64,000 nucleotides of DNA from an uncultured Chlamydia sp. (lineage in GTDB: Bacteria; Chlamydiota; Chlamydiia; Chlamydiales; Simkaniaceae), in assembly GCA_946127115.1 (NCBI GenBank), contig CAMGYI010000001.1:662857-726856 (forward strand), given 5' to 3'. Position 1 is the stretch's first letter. Every line of letters starts with the position of its first letter. The notes under the pieces are model-generated. The model ran no database searches. It had not been told where the DNA came from and saw nothing but the letters and a program-made list of their open reading frames with translations. The translations under genes were made by a program, and so were the position numbers. Shown here piece by piece: positions 55,314 to 64,000 of the stretch.

Positions 55314-56147
55314 ATGAAACAATTTTATCTTTTACCTAATATTATTACTGCATTCGGCTTGTCGTGCGGTCTATTTGTCATTTTTAAGACAAACATGACA
55401 GAGCCAGGAGTTGGGACTTACGAGTTAATTTATTCATCAGCTCTTCTTCTCTTGCTCGCTGCGTTTGCAGATCTATTAGATGGTGCGGTGGCTCGAATCA
55501 TCCGTGCAGAAAGTGAATTTGGTTCGATGTTTGATTCTTTAGCTGACGCCATTTCCTTCGGGGTTGCGCCATCGGTCCTATTCCTAAAAAGCCTCTCACT
55601 TGAGCCGGCAACAAGTCTCTCCTTTTTTGCAGTTGTAGGAGCGATGCTCTATACGATTTGTGGAGTTCTCCGCCTCGTCCGCTTTAATGTAAAAACACAT
55701 GAGCTTAAGACGGACAAAGAGGCTAGTAACGCTTATAAAAAGAATTTTACTGGACTTCCCATTCCCGGCTCTGCAGCAGGGGCGATTTCGGTGAATCTTT
55801 TCCTCCATTCTACATTTGCAAAAGAGTGGTTTAATATGTCCTATGCTGTGCGAGCGGTTTCCTTAATATGCGTCATGGTTCTTCTTGGATACCTCATGGT
55901 GAGTAAATGGAAGTTCCCTAGCCTTAAAAGCCTTCACTTTCGGGTTCCCTCCTTCCATCTCATTCTTTTTACCGTCCTGATTGCTATTTTTATCTTCTTT
56001 GGAATCTTCTACTTCCTGCCCGTTGTACTAGTCGTGTGTTCCATAGGTTATATCCTTATCGGATGTGTGCTCACTCTGATTCGTCTTATCGCCGGAAAAA
56101 AGGCAAAAAAACTCGTCGATTTCGAGATTGACGATGACAAGGATTAG
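55314..56147 (+). CDS. pssA: CDP-diacylglycerol--serine O-phosphatidyltransferase
   Basis: CDP-alcohol phosphatidyltransferase motif 'DLLDGAVARIIRAESEFGSMFDSLADAISFGVAP'. The DSLAD..SFGVAP variant is typical of PssA rather than PgsA. Confidence 0.85.
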   Translation: MKQFYLLPNIITAFGLSCGLFVIFKTNMTEPGVGTYELIYSSALLLLLAAFADLLDGAVARIIRAESEFGSMFDSLADAISFGVAPSVLFLKSLSLEPATSLSFFAVVGAMLYTICGVLRLVRFNVKTHELKTDKEASNAYKKNFTGLPIPGSAAGAISVNLFLHSTFAKEWFNMSYAVRAVSLICVMVLLGYLMVSKWKFPSLKSLHFRVPSFHLILFTVLIAIFIFFGIFYFLPVVLVVCSIGYILIGCVLTLIRLIAGKKAKKLVDFEIDDDKD

Positions 56148-56226
56148 ACTTGTCCAAAAAACAGGGGAACGTTATTGTTCCTGAAATTTCCAAAAATTTG
56201 AAAACAATAATGCGAGAAAATCAGTT

Positions 56227-57447
56227 ATGATCATGCTTTATTTATATCAACCGTTAATTTTGTTTATTTTTTTAACTTCGAGTGTGCTGGGAGAATTAAT
56301 TTCAACTTTTTACGGTGAAGTAAATATTGAGGAACCTGTGCTCATAGACTTATTTAATTCTAATGCTTTCCAAAGGCTAAAATCCATTCATCAATACGGA
56401 GTTTCTTACTACACGACGCACAAGGAAGAATACACACGCTTTGATCACTCTCTTGGAGTTTGGCATATCCTTAGGGAAAAGGGCTCCTCTCTTGAAGAAC
56501 AAATAGCCGGAGCTTTGCATGATATATCACATACTGCGTTTTCTCATGTTGGAGATTGGGTTTTCCCCCAAGAAAGTTACGACGAATCTTATCAAGATGT
56601 AATTTTTGAAAAGTATCTAGAAATATCTGGAATTGAAAAAATATTGAATAAATATGGTTATACTAAAGAACAAATCAACCCACGTACAAATGGTTTTAAC
56701 ATGCTGGAGCAAGCTTTACCTAATTTGTGTGCTGATCGAATTGATTATAATATTCAAGGTGCATATTTTCAGAAATTCTTAACAAAAAAGGAAGCTATAG
56801 ATTTATTCAAAGATTTGATTTTTATAGATGGAAAATGGGTAATTAGAAAAAAAGAATTAGCTACTAAATTAATGCTCTTTTCTATTTTTATGACAAAGGA
56901 TTGCTGGGGAAACCCTGGAAATTACTTTGCTTCTCTTTTTCTTTCAGAAGCAATTAAACGTGGAGTTGAAACAGACCTTATCTCTTGGAATGAATTTCAC
57001 CTTGGGATTGATGACGATATCTGGTATAAGCTGCAGAACTCAAAAGACTCTTTAGTTAAGGAGAAGCTGCCCATGATTTACCAACCAAACCAGTATTTTT
57101 ACCTAACAAACTCATCTGATGCAGAATTTTTTGTTCCTTTTAAATGTAGAGCCATAAATCCCTATATTCTAGAAAGTGATGGTGTTGTTGTCCTTCTAAC
57201 TTCAATTAGTCCAACTATTGAGAAACTTTATCAAAGTATATGCGAACAGGCACGTGTTGGATGGCCTATAAGGTTTCTACAACATTCCGCGTCTTTTTTA
57301 CTTAAAGGAAGCGGACAAAAAAGTATCAAAACACCCCTTCAAAATTTTGTTGAGGTTGAACATTTGGCTCAGGAGAAGATAGAAATCAATCCTGAGGAAA
57401 TAATATCTAAAAAAGTGACACCTTCTAAATTTAAAGGTGTCAGATAA
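56227..57447 (+). CDS. HD-domain phosphohydrolase of the SAMHD1/COG1078 (dNTP triphosphohydrolase-like) type with a hydrophobic N-terminal leader
   Basis: 'FQRLKSIHQYG...TRFDHSLGVWHIL' and 'ALHDISHTAFSHVGD' match the FQRL..I.QLG...H.RFEHSLGV / HD.GH.PFSH signature. The leader is MIMLYLYQPLILFIFLTSSVLG. Confidence 0.7.
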   Translation: MIMLYLYQPLILFIFLTSSVLGELISTFYGEVNIEEPVLIDLFNSNAFQRLKSIHQYGVSYYTTHKEEYTRFDHSLGVWHILREKGSSLEEQIAGALHDISHTAFSHVGDWVFPQESYDESYQDVIFEKYLEISGIEKILNKYGYTKEQINPRTNGFNMLEQALPNLCADRIDYNIQGAYFQKFLTKKEAIDLFKDLIFIDGKWVIRKKELATKLMLFSIFMTKDCWGNPGNYFASLFLSEAIKRGVETDLISWNEFHLGIDDDIWYKLQNSKDSLVKEKLPMIYQPNQYFYLTNSSDAEFFVPFKCRAINPYILESDGVVVLLTSISPTIEKLYQSICEQARVGWPIRFLQHSASFLLKGSGQKSIKTPLQNFVEVEHLAQEKIEINPEEIISKKVTPSKFKGVR

Positions 57448-57450
57448 AAA

Positions 57451-57640
57451 GTGCCTGTCAGGTCAAGTCTTGGCTATTACACTTCTACAGCAAGAGAAGT
57501 TGTGGAATACGTAAAACACCAATTTGATATTGCGTACTCAGAGTCTGCGGTGATATTGCTTCTGCACTAGGTTAGGATTTGTCTATAAAAAACCAAAGCT
57601 CGTTCCCGGGAAAGCTGTGCTCAAGAAATTTTGAAGCAAA
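57451..57640 (+). mobile_element. IS630-family transposase N-terminal fragment
   Basis: 'TAREVVEYVKHQFDIAYSESAVILLLH*' is followed, after a 1-nt shift, by 'RLGFVYKKPKLVPGKA'. This matches the IS630 pattern W....V...I...F.I.YS.S.V..LL..LGFSY.KP. No DDE domain follows. Confidence 0.6.
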
Positions 57641-57651
57641 TATAATGCGTT

Positions 57652-60552
57652 TTGAGTATGATGGTGGGAATGGAAAACACAGCATCAAAAAAAGTTGGCA
57701 ATCAACACCGCGATTATGTTTACACTAAAGTTCTTCCTCTAGAAGAACTTCAAATGGTACTCTATGAGCTGAAGCATGAGCCTACCGGTGCAAGGGTGGT
57801 TCATTTAGAGGCTAACGACCCAGAAAATCTTTTTTGTTTATCACTCCAAACGCTTCCGCATGACTCAACCGGCGTTGCCCATATTTTAGAACACACAGTG
57901 TTATGTGGTTCAAAGAAATTCCCCGTAAAAGATCCATTTTTCTCCATGGTCCGCCGTAGCCTGAATACCTTTATGAATGCAATGACAGGAGCCGATTTTA
58001 CCTGCTATCCCGCTGCTTCTCAGGTAGAGAAAGACTTCTACAACCTTCTTGAAGTTTATCTTGATGCCGTCTTTTATCCCGAGCTTAAGGAGATGAGTTT
58101 TTTACAAGAAGGACACAGACTCGAGCTCGATCCCAATCTCGTTTACAAAGGAGTGGTCTACAATGAAATGAAAGGAAGCCTCTCCAACCCTGAAACAAGA
58201 CTCTGGCATGAGCTGACAAAATATTTAACTCCTGATTTGACCTACGCGTTTAATTCAGGCGGAAACCCAGAAGAGATTCCTAATTTGACTTGGAAACAGC
58301 TCAAAGAATTCCATGCGACTTATTACCACCCTAGCCGCTGCATCTTCTTCTTCTATGGTAACCTTTCCCTTGAAAATCACTTGGATTTTGTTGAAAAAAA
58401 CGCTCTTAAGGGGGTAAAAAAACTTCCCCTTCTTAAAAAAATACCCAAGCAAAAGCGGTTCAAGAAACCTGAAACCCGAGAGGGGAAATACCCCGGAGAA
58501 AGTGGACAGCAGTTCGTATCATTTTCCTGGCTCACCTGCCCGATAGACAATCAGGAAGACGCACTCGCACTCGCACTCATTGACTCAATCTTAATGGAAA
58601 CCGACGCCTCTCCTCTAAAATATGAGCTTCTAAAATCTAAGCTCTGCACCCAAGCCGATGGATACCTCGATACCGACATGAGCGAAATCCCCTACATCAT
58701 TATTTGTCGTGGTTGCGATGAAGGAAACGCAGAAAATCTTAAACAAATCCTTCTTGGTACACTAAAAAACCTGAAGATCAAACCAGAGCAAATTGAAGCA
58801 GCAATTCATCAGCTAGAATTTTCTCGATTAGAGATCACGGGAGACCACGGCCCCTTTGGACTGACTCTCTTTATGCGCTCCATTCTTGCAATGCAACATG
58901 GATGCCCTGCTGAAAATGCTTTAACGGTTTATAGTCAATTTAAAAAACTGCGTCTTCTAGTGAAAGATCCAAACTTCCTTTCAGGGATTATCCAGAAATA
59001 TTTCCTCGATAACCCCCACTTTTTAACCCATATTTTCTCTCCCGACAACACCTTGGAAAAGTGTGAAGAAAAAGAAGAGAAAACCCGTCTCAAAACAATC
59101 GAAAAAAGGCTCACCAAAAAAGACCGAGATGCAATCAAAAAGCAGACCAAAGCTCTAGAGAAATACCAAGAAAAAATAGAATCACAATCTCTCGATTGCC
59201 TTCCTAAAATCGATATGAAAGACATCCCTAAAGATGTCACAGACTTCCATCTCGAACATGAGCAAATCGAGCAACTTACTGTCTTCCACCATGAGTGCTT
59301 TACCAACCATATTGTTTATGCACGGATTCTTTTTGATCTTCCCCAGATCTCATATGAGGACCTCCCCTACCTTCAACTATTAATCTCCATTCTTCCCGAA
59401 CTTGGAGCAGGGGGAAGAAGCTACCATGCTAACCTCGACTATATCAACTTATACCTGGGAGACTTCGGAGCATCTTTAAGTCTCTATCCACAGATCAACG
59501 ATCCAAATCACCTAAGACCTGCCTTCGGATTTAAGGGAAAGGTCCTCAATCGAAATTTATCGAAGTTGTTTTCACTCTTCTCAGATGTCTGCATGACCTC
59601 CGATTTGAAAGATAAAGGCCGGATCAAAGACCTGATTCTCCAGATTCACACTTCCTTAGAGAATCATCTTACTAGAAATGCCATGACTTATGCCATTCAA
59701 CGCTCAGGCAGAATATTCTCTTTAACACCCTTTATCAATGATTCACTAAGTGGCCTTACCTATTTTCGATTTATTAGAAAAATTGCTAAAAACCTCGATA
59801 AGAATCTCCCCCATCTTATTGAGAAGTTTTTGCAACTAAAGGCAAGTTTATTTCACTTTATGACCCCTCACCTAGTCCTTAGTTGTGATAAAGATCAGTA
59901 CAGAATGTTATCCAAAGAAAAATTTTTCAATCTCTCGAGTCTCCCTTCAAAACCCTTTACCACTTGGGAAGGGTATTCGCTCCCCAGCTCCGGAGCATCC
60001 GAGGCTCACACCATCTCATCACCCGTAGCATTTTCTTCTTTAGGTGTGGGAACAATCACCCACTCCCCAGTCTTGTCGGTATCTACCAACCTTATGGAAA
60101 ACACCTTTCTCCATAAAAAACTACGGGAACAAGGAGGAGCCTATGGAGGTGGTGCGAATTATAATCCCCTAACAGGAAGCTACTACCTCTATTCATACCG
60201 TGACCCTCACATCTCCTCAACATTTGAGACCTTTCTCGAAGGGATGACCCAAATTACCAAGGGGAAATTCACTCAGCGAGATCTTAATGAAGCAAAGCTC
60301 GGAATTCTTCAGGATGCTGACGCTCCCGTCTCCCCCGGTAGCCGAGCGAGTGTTGCCTATTCTTACTTCCGTGAAGGACAAACCAAGCAAACCCGAAAAG
60401 AGTTTCGCGATCATCTCTTAAGCGTCACTAGAGAAGATGTGAAAGAAACTGTCAATGAAAGGCTCGATCCTTCAAGTGGTATCAAGGCCACGTTTGCAGG
60501 TGTTACCCTTTTACAAAATGAAAATCCCGGCCTAAAAATCGAACCTATTTAG
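57652..60552 (+). CDS. M16-family zinc metalloprotease, presequence-protease (PreP)-like
   Basis: Inverted zinc motif 'HILEHTVLCGS' (HxxEH) and 'YNEMKG'. The ~966 aa four-domain size is typical of PreP-like pitrilysins. The exact start is uncertain (TTG 57652 or nearby ATGs). Confidence 0.9.
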   Translation: MSMMVGMENTASKKVGNQHRDYVYTKVLPLEELQMVLYELKHEPTGARVVHLEANDPENLFCLSLQTLPHDSTGVAHILEHTVLCGSKKFPVKDPFFSMVRRSLNTFMNAMTGADFTCYPAASQVEKDFYNLLEVYLDAVFYPELKEMSFLQEGHRLELDPNLVYKGVVYNEMKGSLSNPETRLWHELTKYLTPDLTYAFNSGGNPEEIPNLTWKQLKEFHATYYHPSRCIFFFYGNLSLENHLDFVEKNALKGVKKLPLLKKIPKQKRFKKPETREGKYPGESGQQFVSFSWLTCPIDNQEDALALALIDSILMETDASPLKYELLKSKLCTQADGYLDTDMSEIPYIIICRGCDEGNAENLKQILLGTLKNLKIKPEQIEAAIHQLEFSRLEITGDHGPFGLTLFMRSILAMQHGCPAENALTVYSQFKKLRLLVKDPNFLSGIIQKYFLDNPHFLTHIFSPDNTLEKCEEKEEKTRLKTIEKRLTKKDRDAIKKQTKALEKYQEKIESQSLDCLPKIDMKDIPKDVTDFHLEHEQIEQLTVFHHECFTNHIVYARILFDLPQISYEDLPYLQLLISILPELGAGGRSYHANLDYINLYLGDFGASLSLYPQINDPNHLRPAFGFKGKVLNRNLSKLFSLFSDVCMTSDLKDKGRIKDLILQIHTSLENHLTRNAMTYAIQRSGRIFSLTPFINDSLSGLTYFRFIRKIAKNLDKNLPHLIEKFLQLKASLFHFMTPHLVLSCDKDQYRMLSKEKFFNLSSLPSKPFTTWEGYSLPSSGASEAHTISSPVAFSSLGVGTITHSPVLSVSTNLMENTFLHKKLREQGGAYGGGANYNPLTGSYYLYSYRDPHISSTFETFLEGMTQITKGKFTQRDLNEAKLGILQDADAPVSPGSRASVAYSYFREGQTKQTRKEFRDHLLSVTREDVKETVNERLDPSSGIKATFAGVTLLQNENPGLKIEPI

Positions 60553-60608
60553 GGTTTTCTAAAAAACACCCTTTGAGGTAAGCTTGGGTATTAATTAGGA
60601 GTACAGGA

Positions 60609-62054
60609 ATGCGTCGTTTTTTATCTGGGATTGTTTTTATTATTTGTTTGCTTGCTACACAAGTTGAAGGAAAAGAAGCGGGAGCAAGCGACTCCATAGC
60701 TTACGGTAAGCGTTATACAGGTTATAAAAATACCCCAGGAAAAACCTTTTCGCAGCCTTTTATTGATGTCGCCAAAGAGTGTACTCCTTCCGTAGTCTTT
60801 ATCAGGGCAGAAGGTGGAATGGATAGCAGTTCTAACCAGATGTTCAATGATGACTTCTTCAATCACTTTTTTGGTGGTCCTCCAAGACGCCCTCAGAAAC
60901 CTCAGATAAACCAAGGATCGGGATTCATCATCTCAAAAGATGGGCATATCATGACCAACCTCCATGTTGTGAGAGGAGCCAAGAAGCTAACTGTAACCCT
61001 TCAAGATGGCACAAACCGTCAAGTATCAGCAACTTACATCGGTGGAGATAACCATACCGACATTGCGGTCATTAAGATTGACAACGAATATGGAAATAAT
61101 TACCCCTTTTTGGAATTGGGAAACTCGGACAACTTAGAAGTTGGCGAATGGGTTGTTGCCATTGGAAACCCCTTCTCTTTAGAGGCGAGTGTTTCTGCTG
61201 GGATCATCAGCGCAAAAGGACGCCAAGGACTTCAAATTACCGACTACGAAGATTTTATTCAGACCGATGCGGCCATTAATCCAGGAAACTCTGGGGGACC
61301 CTTAATTGACCTTGATAAAAAAGTTGTGGGGATGAACACCGCAATTGTTTCCCAGTCGGGAGGTTATATGGGAATTGGTTTTGCAATCCCGAGTAACATT
61401 TTAATGAATATCAAAGAACAGCTTGTTGAAAATGGTATAGTCACTCGCGGGTTCCTAGGAGTCTCACTGCAACCCATTGACAGCGACCTTGCTGAAGCTT
61501 TTGGAACAAGCACCACTCAAGGAGCACTCGTTGTCGATGTTGTTGAAGGATCTCCTGCTGAAAAGGCAGGTCTCAAACAGGGAGACATCATCACAAAAAT
61601 GAATGGAATGTCTGTGAAAGGGCCAGGACAATTACGCAACGATGTCGTTCTCCTTCCTCCAGGAACAAAGGTTACCCTTACCATCAATCGCGATGGAAAA
61701 ACAATGAGTCTGCCAGCAACGTTGGGAACCTTCGGAGCGAATACCTTAGTGTCTAGTACAACCGCTTCACAGCATCTTGGATTCTCTGTTGATAACCTCA
61801 CCAATCAAAACATTCAACAGTACAAATTCAACCAAGAAGACAAAGGAGTTATTGTTGTTACGGTTGAGGCAGGAACACCTGCCGATCGTGCAGGAATCAA
61901 ACCAGGATTCCTCGTGATAGCTGTGAACCATCAGAAGATCACCACTGTCACTGAGTTTAACGAATCTCTCCAGAACGTGAAATCGGGAGAGAGAATTCTT
62001 CTTCTTGTCCGTCAAGGGCAAGTCATGAAATTCTACACCCTTAAGGCGCAGTAG
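60609..62054 (+). CDS. htrA: Periplasmic serine protease HtrA/DegP with two PDZ domains
   Basis: Signal peptide, catalytic 'TNLHVV', 'DIAVIKI' and 'GNSGGPL', then two PDZ-like segments. Confidence 0.95.
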   Translation: MRRFLSGIVFIICLLATQVEGKEAGASDSIAYGKRYTGYKNTPGKTFSQPFIDVAKECTPSVVFIRAEGGMDSSSNQMFNDDFFNHFFGGPPRRPQKPQINQGSGFIISKDGHIMTNLHVVRGAKKLTVTLQDGTNRQVSATYIGGDNHTDIAVIKIDNEYGNNYPFLELGNSDNLEVGEWVVAIGNPFSLEASVSAGIISAKGRQGLQITDYEDFIQTDAAINPGNSGGPLIDLDKKVVGMNTAIVSQSGGYMGIGFAIPSNILMNIKEQLVENGIVTRGFLGVSLQPIDSDLAEAFGTSTTQGALVVDVVEGSPAEKAGLKQGDIITKMNGMSVKGPGQLRNDVVLLPPGTKVTLTINRDGKTMSLPATLGTFGANTLVSSTTASQHLGFSVDNLTNQNIQQYKFNQEDKGVIVVTVEAGTPADRAGIKPGFLVIAVNHQKITTVTEFNESLQNVKSGERILLLVRQGQVMKFYTLKAQ

Positions 62055-62763
62055 TCGTTTGTATAAGGAAAATCGTGAGACCCTGAAGGAGCTGCGCAAA
62101 ACGCTGCTGCGAAAGAGGGTCTCCATTGAAATCAAGCCAAGTTGAATTAATCTCCAGTTGAAAAGCTTCAACCTTATGGTGATAAGCCCATTTTGTAATG
62201 GTTAGATTTCTCGATGCCGAAAATGCGTTTGAAGAAAAGTTCGTGAGTCCTTCCTCGCGGAGGCAAGCTGTAATCTTATTGAGTGTACGTCTTTGGCAGG
62301 AAAGACCATGGAGTGTCCCATAATCAATATCAAAAGGACGAGACTGGTGAGCACGGTGCAAATCAATAATGAGTTTTGGTCTTATTTCATTAATAAGAGT
62401 GCTTAAAGCTCTTTTATAAGCATTCTGATCGTCATTATTCGGATCGCAGGGAGGTTCTCCCGATGTATAGATCACCGTAGCATCTGTCAAACGATGAAGA
62501 AGAACGGCGAGCTCCCCTGTTCCCTGATCGGCATATTTCCCATTCTTCCTAGAGACAGGAAATGCATGGGGAGCCGATAGAACCACCAGTCTCTTTCCCC
62601 TAAGAACCGTTACCCAACCATCACCCTTTAACTTAAGACCCTGAGCCTCCATAATGTGTCGAGGCTTTACCAAAGTCTCTTTATGAAGAGTCTCTTTGGA
62701 ACAGGTCGTCATGATTAGTAATGATGCAACAACAAACAAGCGCATGCCAGGACATCTTGACAT
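62041..62763 (-). CDS. Secreted protein, N-formylglutamate amidohydrolase (FGase)-like fold
   Basis: Leader plus 'SAPHAFP', 'CDPNNDD', 'LIIDLHRAH' and 'FQLEIN', resembling the H..P / D.NR / .DLHS / .E. blocks of PF05013. A weak, memory-based match. Confidence 0.4.
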   Translation of the reverse strand: MSRCPGMRLFVVASLLIMTTCSKETLHKETLVKPRHIMEAQGLKLKGDGWVTVLRGKRLVVLSAPHAFPVSRKNGKYADQGTGELAVLLHRLTDATVIYTSGEPPCDPNNDDQNAYKRALSTLINEIRPKLIIDLHRAHQSRPFDIDYGTLHGLSCQRRTLNKITACLREEGLTNFSSNAFSASRNLTITKWAYHHKVEAFQLEINSTWLDFNGDPLSQQRFAQLLQGLTIFLIQTTTAP

Positions 62764-62788
62764 AACCGCCTGATAGAGTTCAAGAAAC

Positions 62789-63691
62789 TTAGAAAGCGTA
62801 TTTCATGTTCAACTCTCCACTCCAAAAGATGTAGGTGTTCTCTGGAAGGCCCAAAGATGTTCCTGAAGACGTTCTTGCTATTGACCGACCGTCTTGCCAA
62901 ATCTCGAAATGAGGAACCAGTGTAATACTTAAGTTCTTCACGTAAGCATCTAAATGAAAAATCAAGGGAAGTTCAGCAACAAAGTTTTTAAACTGCCGAC
63001 GAATCTTCCATCGAGCGTTATCAGGTGGTGAAATCGTGACTGTTGGAAAAACCTGGGCCATCCAAATAACGTTAAGACCCAAAGAAGAATAGGAGGTTAG
63101 TTTAAACTCCTTGAGAACTCCTACTGGGATGTAGAAGTGATTGTAGTAGAGAGTAATCGAACTAAGACCATTTAAACCTATGCTATGCTGCAAGCGGCGA
63201 TATCCAAACCCAGAAAAAAATGTCACTAGTACATTAGATCTATAGACTTGAAGGGTATACCCAAGCCTTTCTTGAACATTGAAATCCTGCAACTTTCTCT
63301 TTCCATTCGAAGCGTGAAGGTGTCCATATCTCCAGTCAAATGTAAATCCTCCGTAAAAGAAATCTGGACGCTGGTATTCATATGCTGCCTGAGCTCCACC
63401 CATATTTCCTGAAAATGCGGGGTTAGCATTTGGTTTCAAATAAGCTCGAGTGTATTCCCCACCCAAAGTGAAGTGATGGGGCGAAGATCCACATTTATCC
63501 CTTTGTGAATACAATCGAGAATCCGAAGTTTCGGTTTTCTCCATGTCTCCCTGGGAGGACGGGTTCGAGTTGTGCGTATTGTAAAGGTGTTTGGGGCTTC
63601 CCACAGCAATGCGCTCTGAAACTACAGTGCTATGACCGAAAACGGTCACCGTTAATAGGGAAGCCATGAGGGTAAAGATATGCTTCTTCAT
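62789..63691 (-). CDS. Outer-membrane beta-barrel protein
   Basis: Signal peptide MKKHIFTLMASLLTVTVFGHS, alternating hydrophobic beta-strand pattern, aromatic-rich, C-terminal '...NMKYAF'. Confidence 0.55.
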   Translation of the reverse strand: MKKHIFTLMASLLTVTVFGHSTVVSERIAVGSPKHLYNTHNSNPSSQGDMEKTETSDSRLYSQRDKCGSSPHHFTLGGEYTRAYLKPNANPAFSGNMGGAQAAYEYQRPDFFYGGFTFDWRYGHLHASNGKRKLQDFNVQERLGYTLQVYRSNVLVTFFSGFGYRRLQHSIGLNGLSSITLYYNHFYIPVGVLKEFKLTSYSSLGLNVIWMAQVFPTVTISPPDNARWKIRRQFKNFVAELPLIFHLDAYVKNLSITLVPHFEIWQDGRSIARTSSGTSLGLPENTYIFWSGELNMKYAF

Positions 63692-63780
63692 AAACCGCGC
63701 CTTCTTAAAATTTTCCTAGTACTTTAATCTTGCTTTAAGCTATGCATATATCTCAACAAATTTTTTGAAGGAGTCGCTTT

Positions 63781-64000
63781 GTGAAACGTTTTGTTGTAGT
63801 CACCGGTTTGTTCTGCTTGGGATTTTCATTTCTACCGGCGAATAATGACACATTTTCTAAGACACGATTGAATGATTTCTCGGATGAGTTTACCCTCGAA
63901 CAAAAAAACACACTGAATCAAGCTGGATTAACGTCCTCTGCTAACGAAAATTCCTCGACAATAACCCCGACTTCTTCTCCTATTCCTCCCGCACCTATTG
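63781..64000 (+). CDS. Hypothetical secreted protein, 5' part only (continues beyond the window)
   Basis: GTG preceded by GGAG at 7 nt. Leader VKRFVVVTGLFCLGFSFLPA. The frame is open to the window end and Ser/Thr/Pro-rich after the leader. Confidence 0.5.
   Translation, partial: MKRFVVVTGLFCLGFSFLPANNDTFSKTRLNDFSDEFTLEQKNTLNQAGLTSSANENSSTITPTSSPIPPAPI

Noticed and set aside
1-64000. Stop-codon reassignment or programmed readthrough as the explanation for the in-frame TAA (IHF-like) and TAG (ldcA)
   Set aside because: TAA, TAG and TGA each terminate highly conserved genes at the expected C-termini in this same window (valS and nrdB, the disulfide reductase, ileS and lepB). The IHF-like gene has also lost its ATG.
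1-64000. CRISPR arrays, tRNA or rRNA genes, large tandem repeats
   Set aside because: Reading through all intergenic regions, I saw no spaced direct repeats and no tRNA-like cloverleaf ends. The only TTCGAAT T-loop sequences belong to ssrA and its 20-nt duplicate.

Overview
This is a 64-kb chromosomal segment, moderately AT-rich by eye, and I assign it to a Chlamydia-like bacterium. It looks like an 'environmental' member of the Chlamydiota (Simkania/Waddlia/Parachlamydia-like) rather than the Chlamydiaceae. Support for that placement: NrdB matches the class Ic R2 of Chlamydia trachomatis over most of its length as I recall that sequence. NrdA carries several ATP-cones. LepB is the long (~616 aa) chlamydial form, IleRS is the eukaryote-like type, the tmRNA is ~416 nt with chlamydia-type ends, and there are a TyrP-type transporter and a PreP-like M16 protease.

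Most of the window is housekeeping or core genes:
- Translation and RNA: valS (5' partial), ileS, ssrA, a DEAD-box helicase.
- Envelope and secretion: lepB, htrA, pssA, an MscS channel, an outer-membrane beta-barrel.
- Respiration: a complete cyoABCDE cytochrome bo3 quinol oxidase operon.
- Nucleotide metabolism: nrdAB.
- Transport and carbon: a SulP permease, two beta-carbonic anhydrases, an SSF symporter, rpiB.
- Other: rmuC, a PIN-PhoH2 ATPase, and peptidoglycan-recycling enzymes (an AmpD/AmiD-type amidase, an Amidase_3-type amidase, LdcA).

The most unusual content is a high density of gene lesions and mobile-element debris:
- A 20-nt direct duplication of the ssrA 3' end brackets a ~750-bp remnant of an integrated element.
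- A decayed pncB lies next to a possible pncA remnant.
- An IHF/HU-like gene has lost its ATG and carries an in-frame TAA.
- ldcA carries an in-frame TAG.
- A patatin-like phospholipase is frameshifted at a C5 (G5 on the sense strand) run beside its catalytic Asp.
- There is a shattered serine-recombinase gene, a possible IS1595-like fragment, and three scattered IS630-like fragments.

Between about 9 and 14 kb, several orphan secreted or coiled-coil ORFs sit among this debris. These are candidate accessory or effector genes. I did not find a clearly recognisable multi-gene novel system such as a defence island, a CRISPR array or a biosynthetic cluster.

All family assignments rest on motifs read from the translations and on remembered family signatures. 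No database search was possible.
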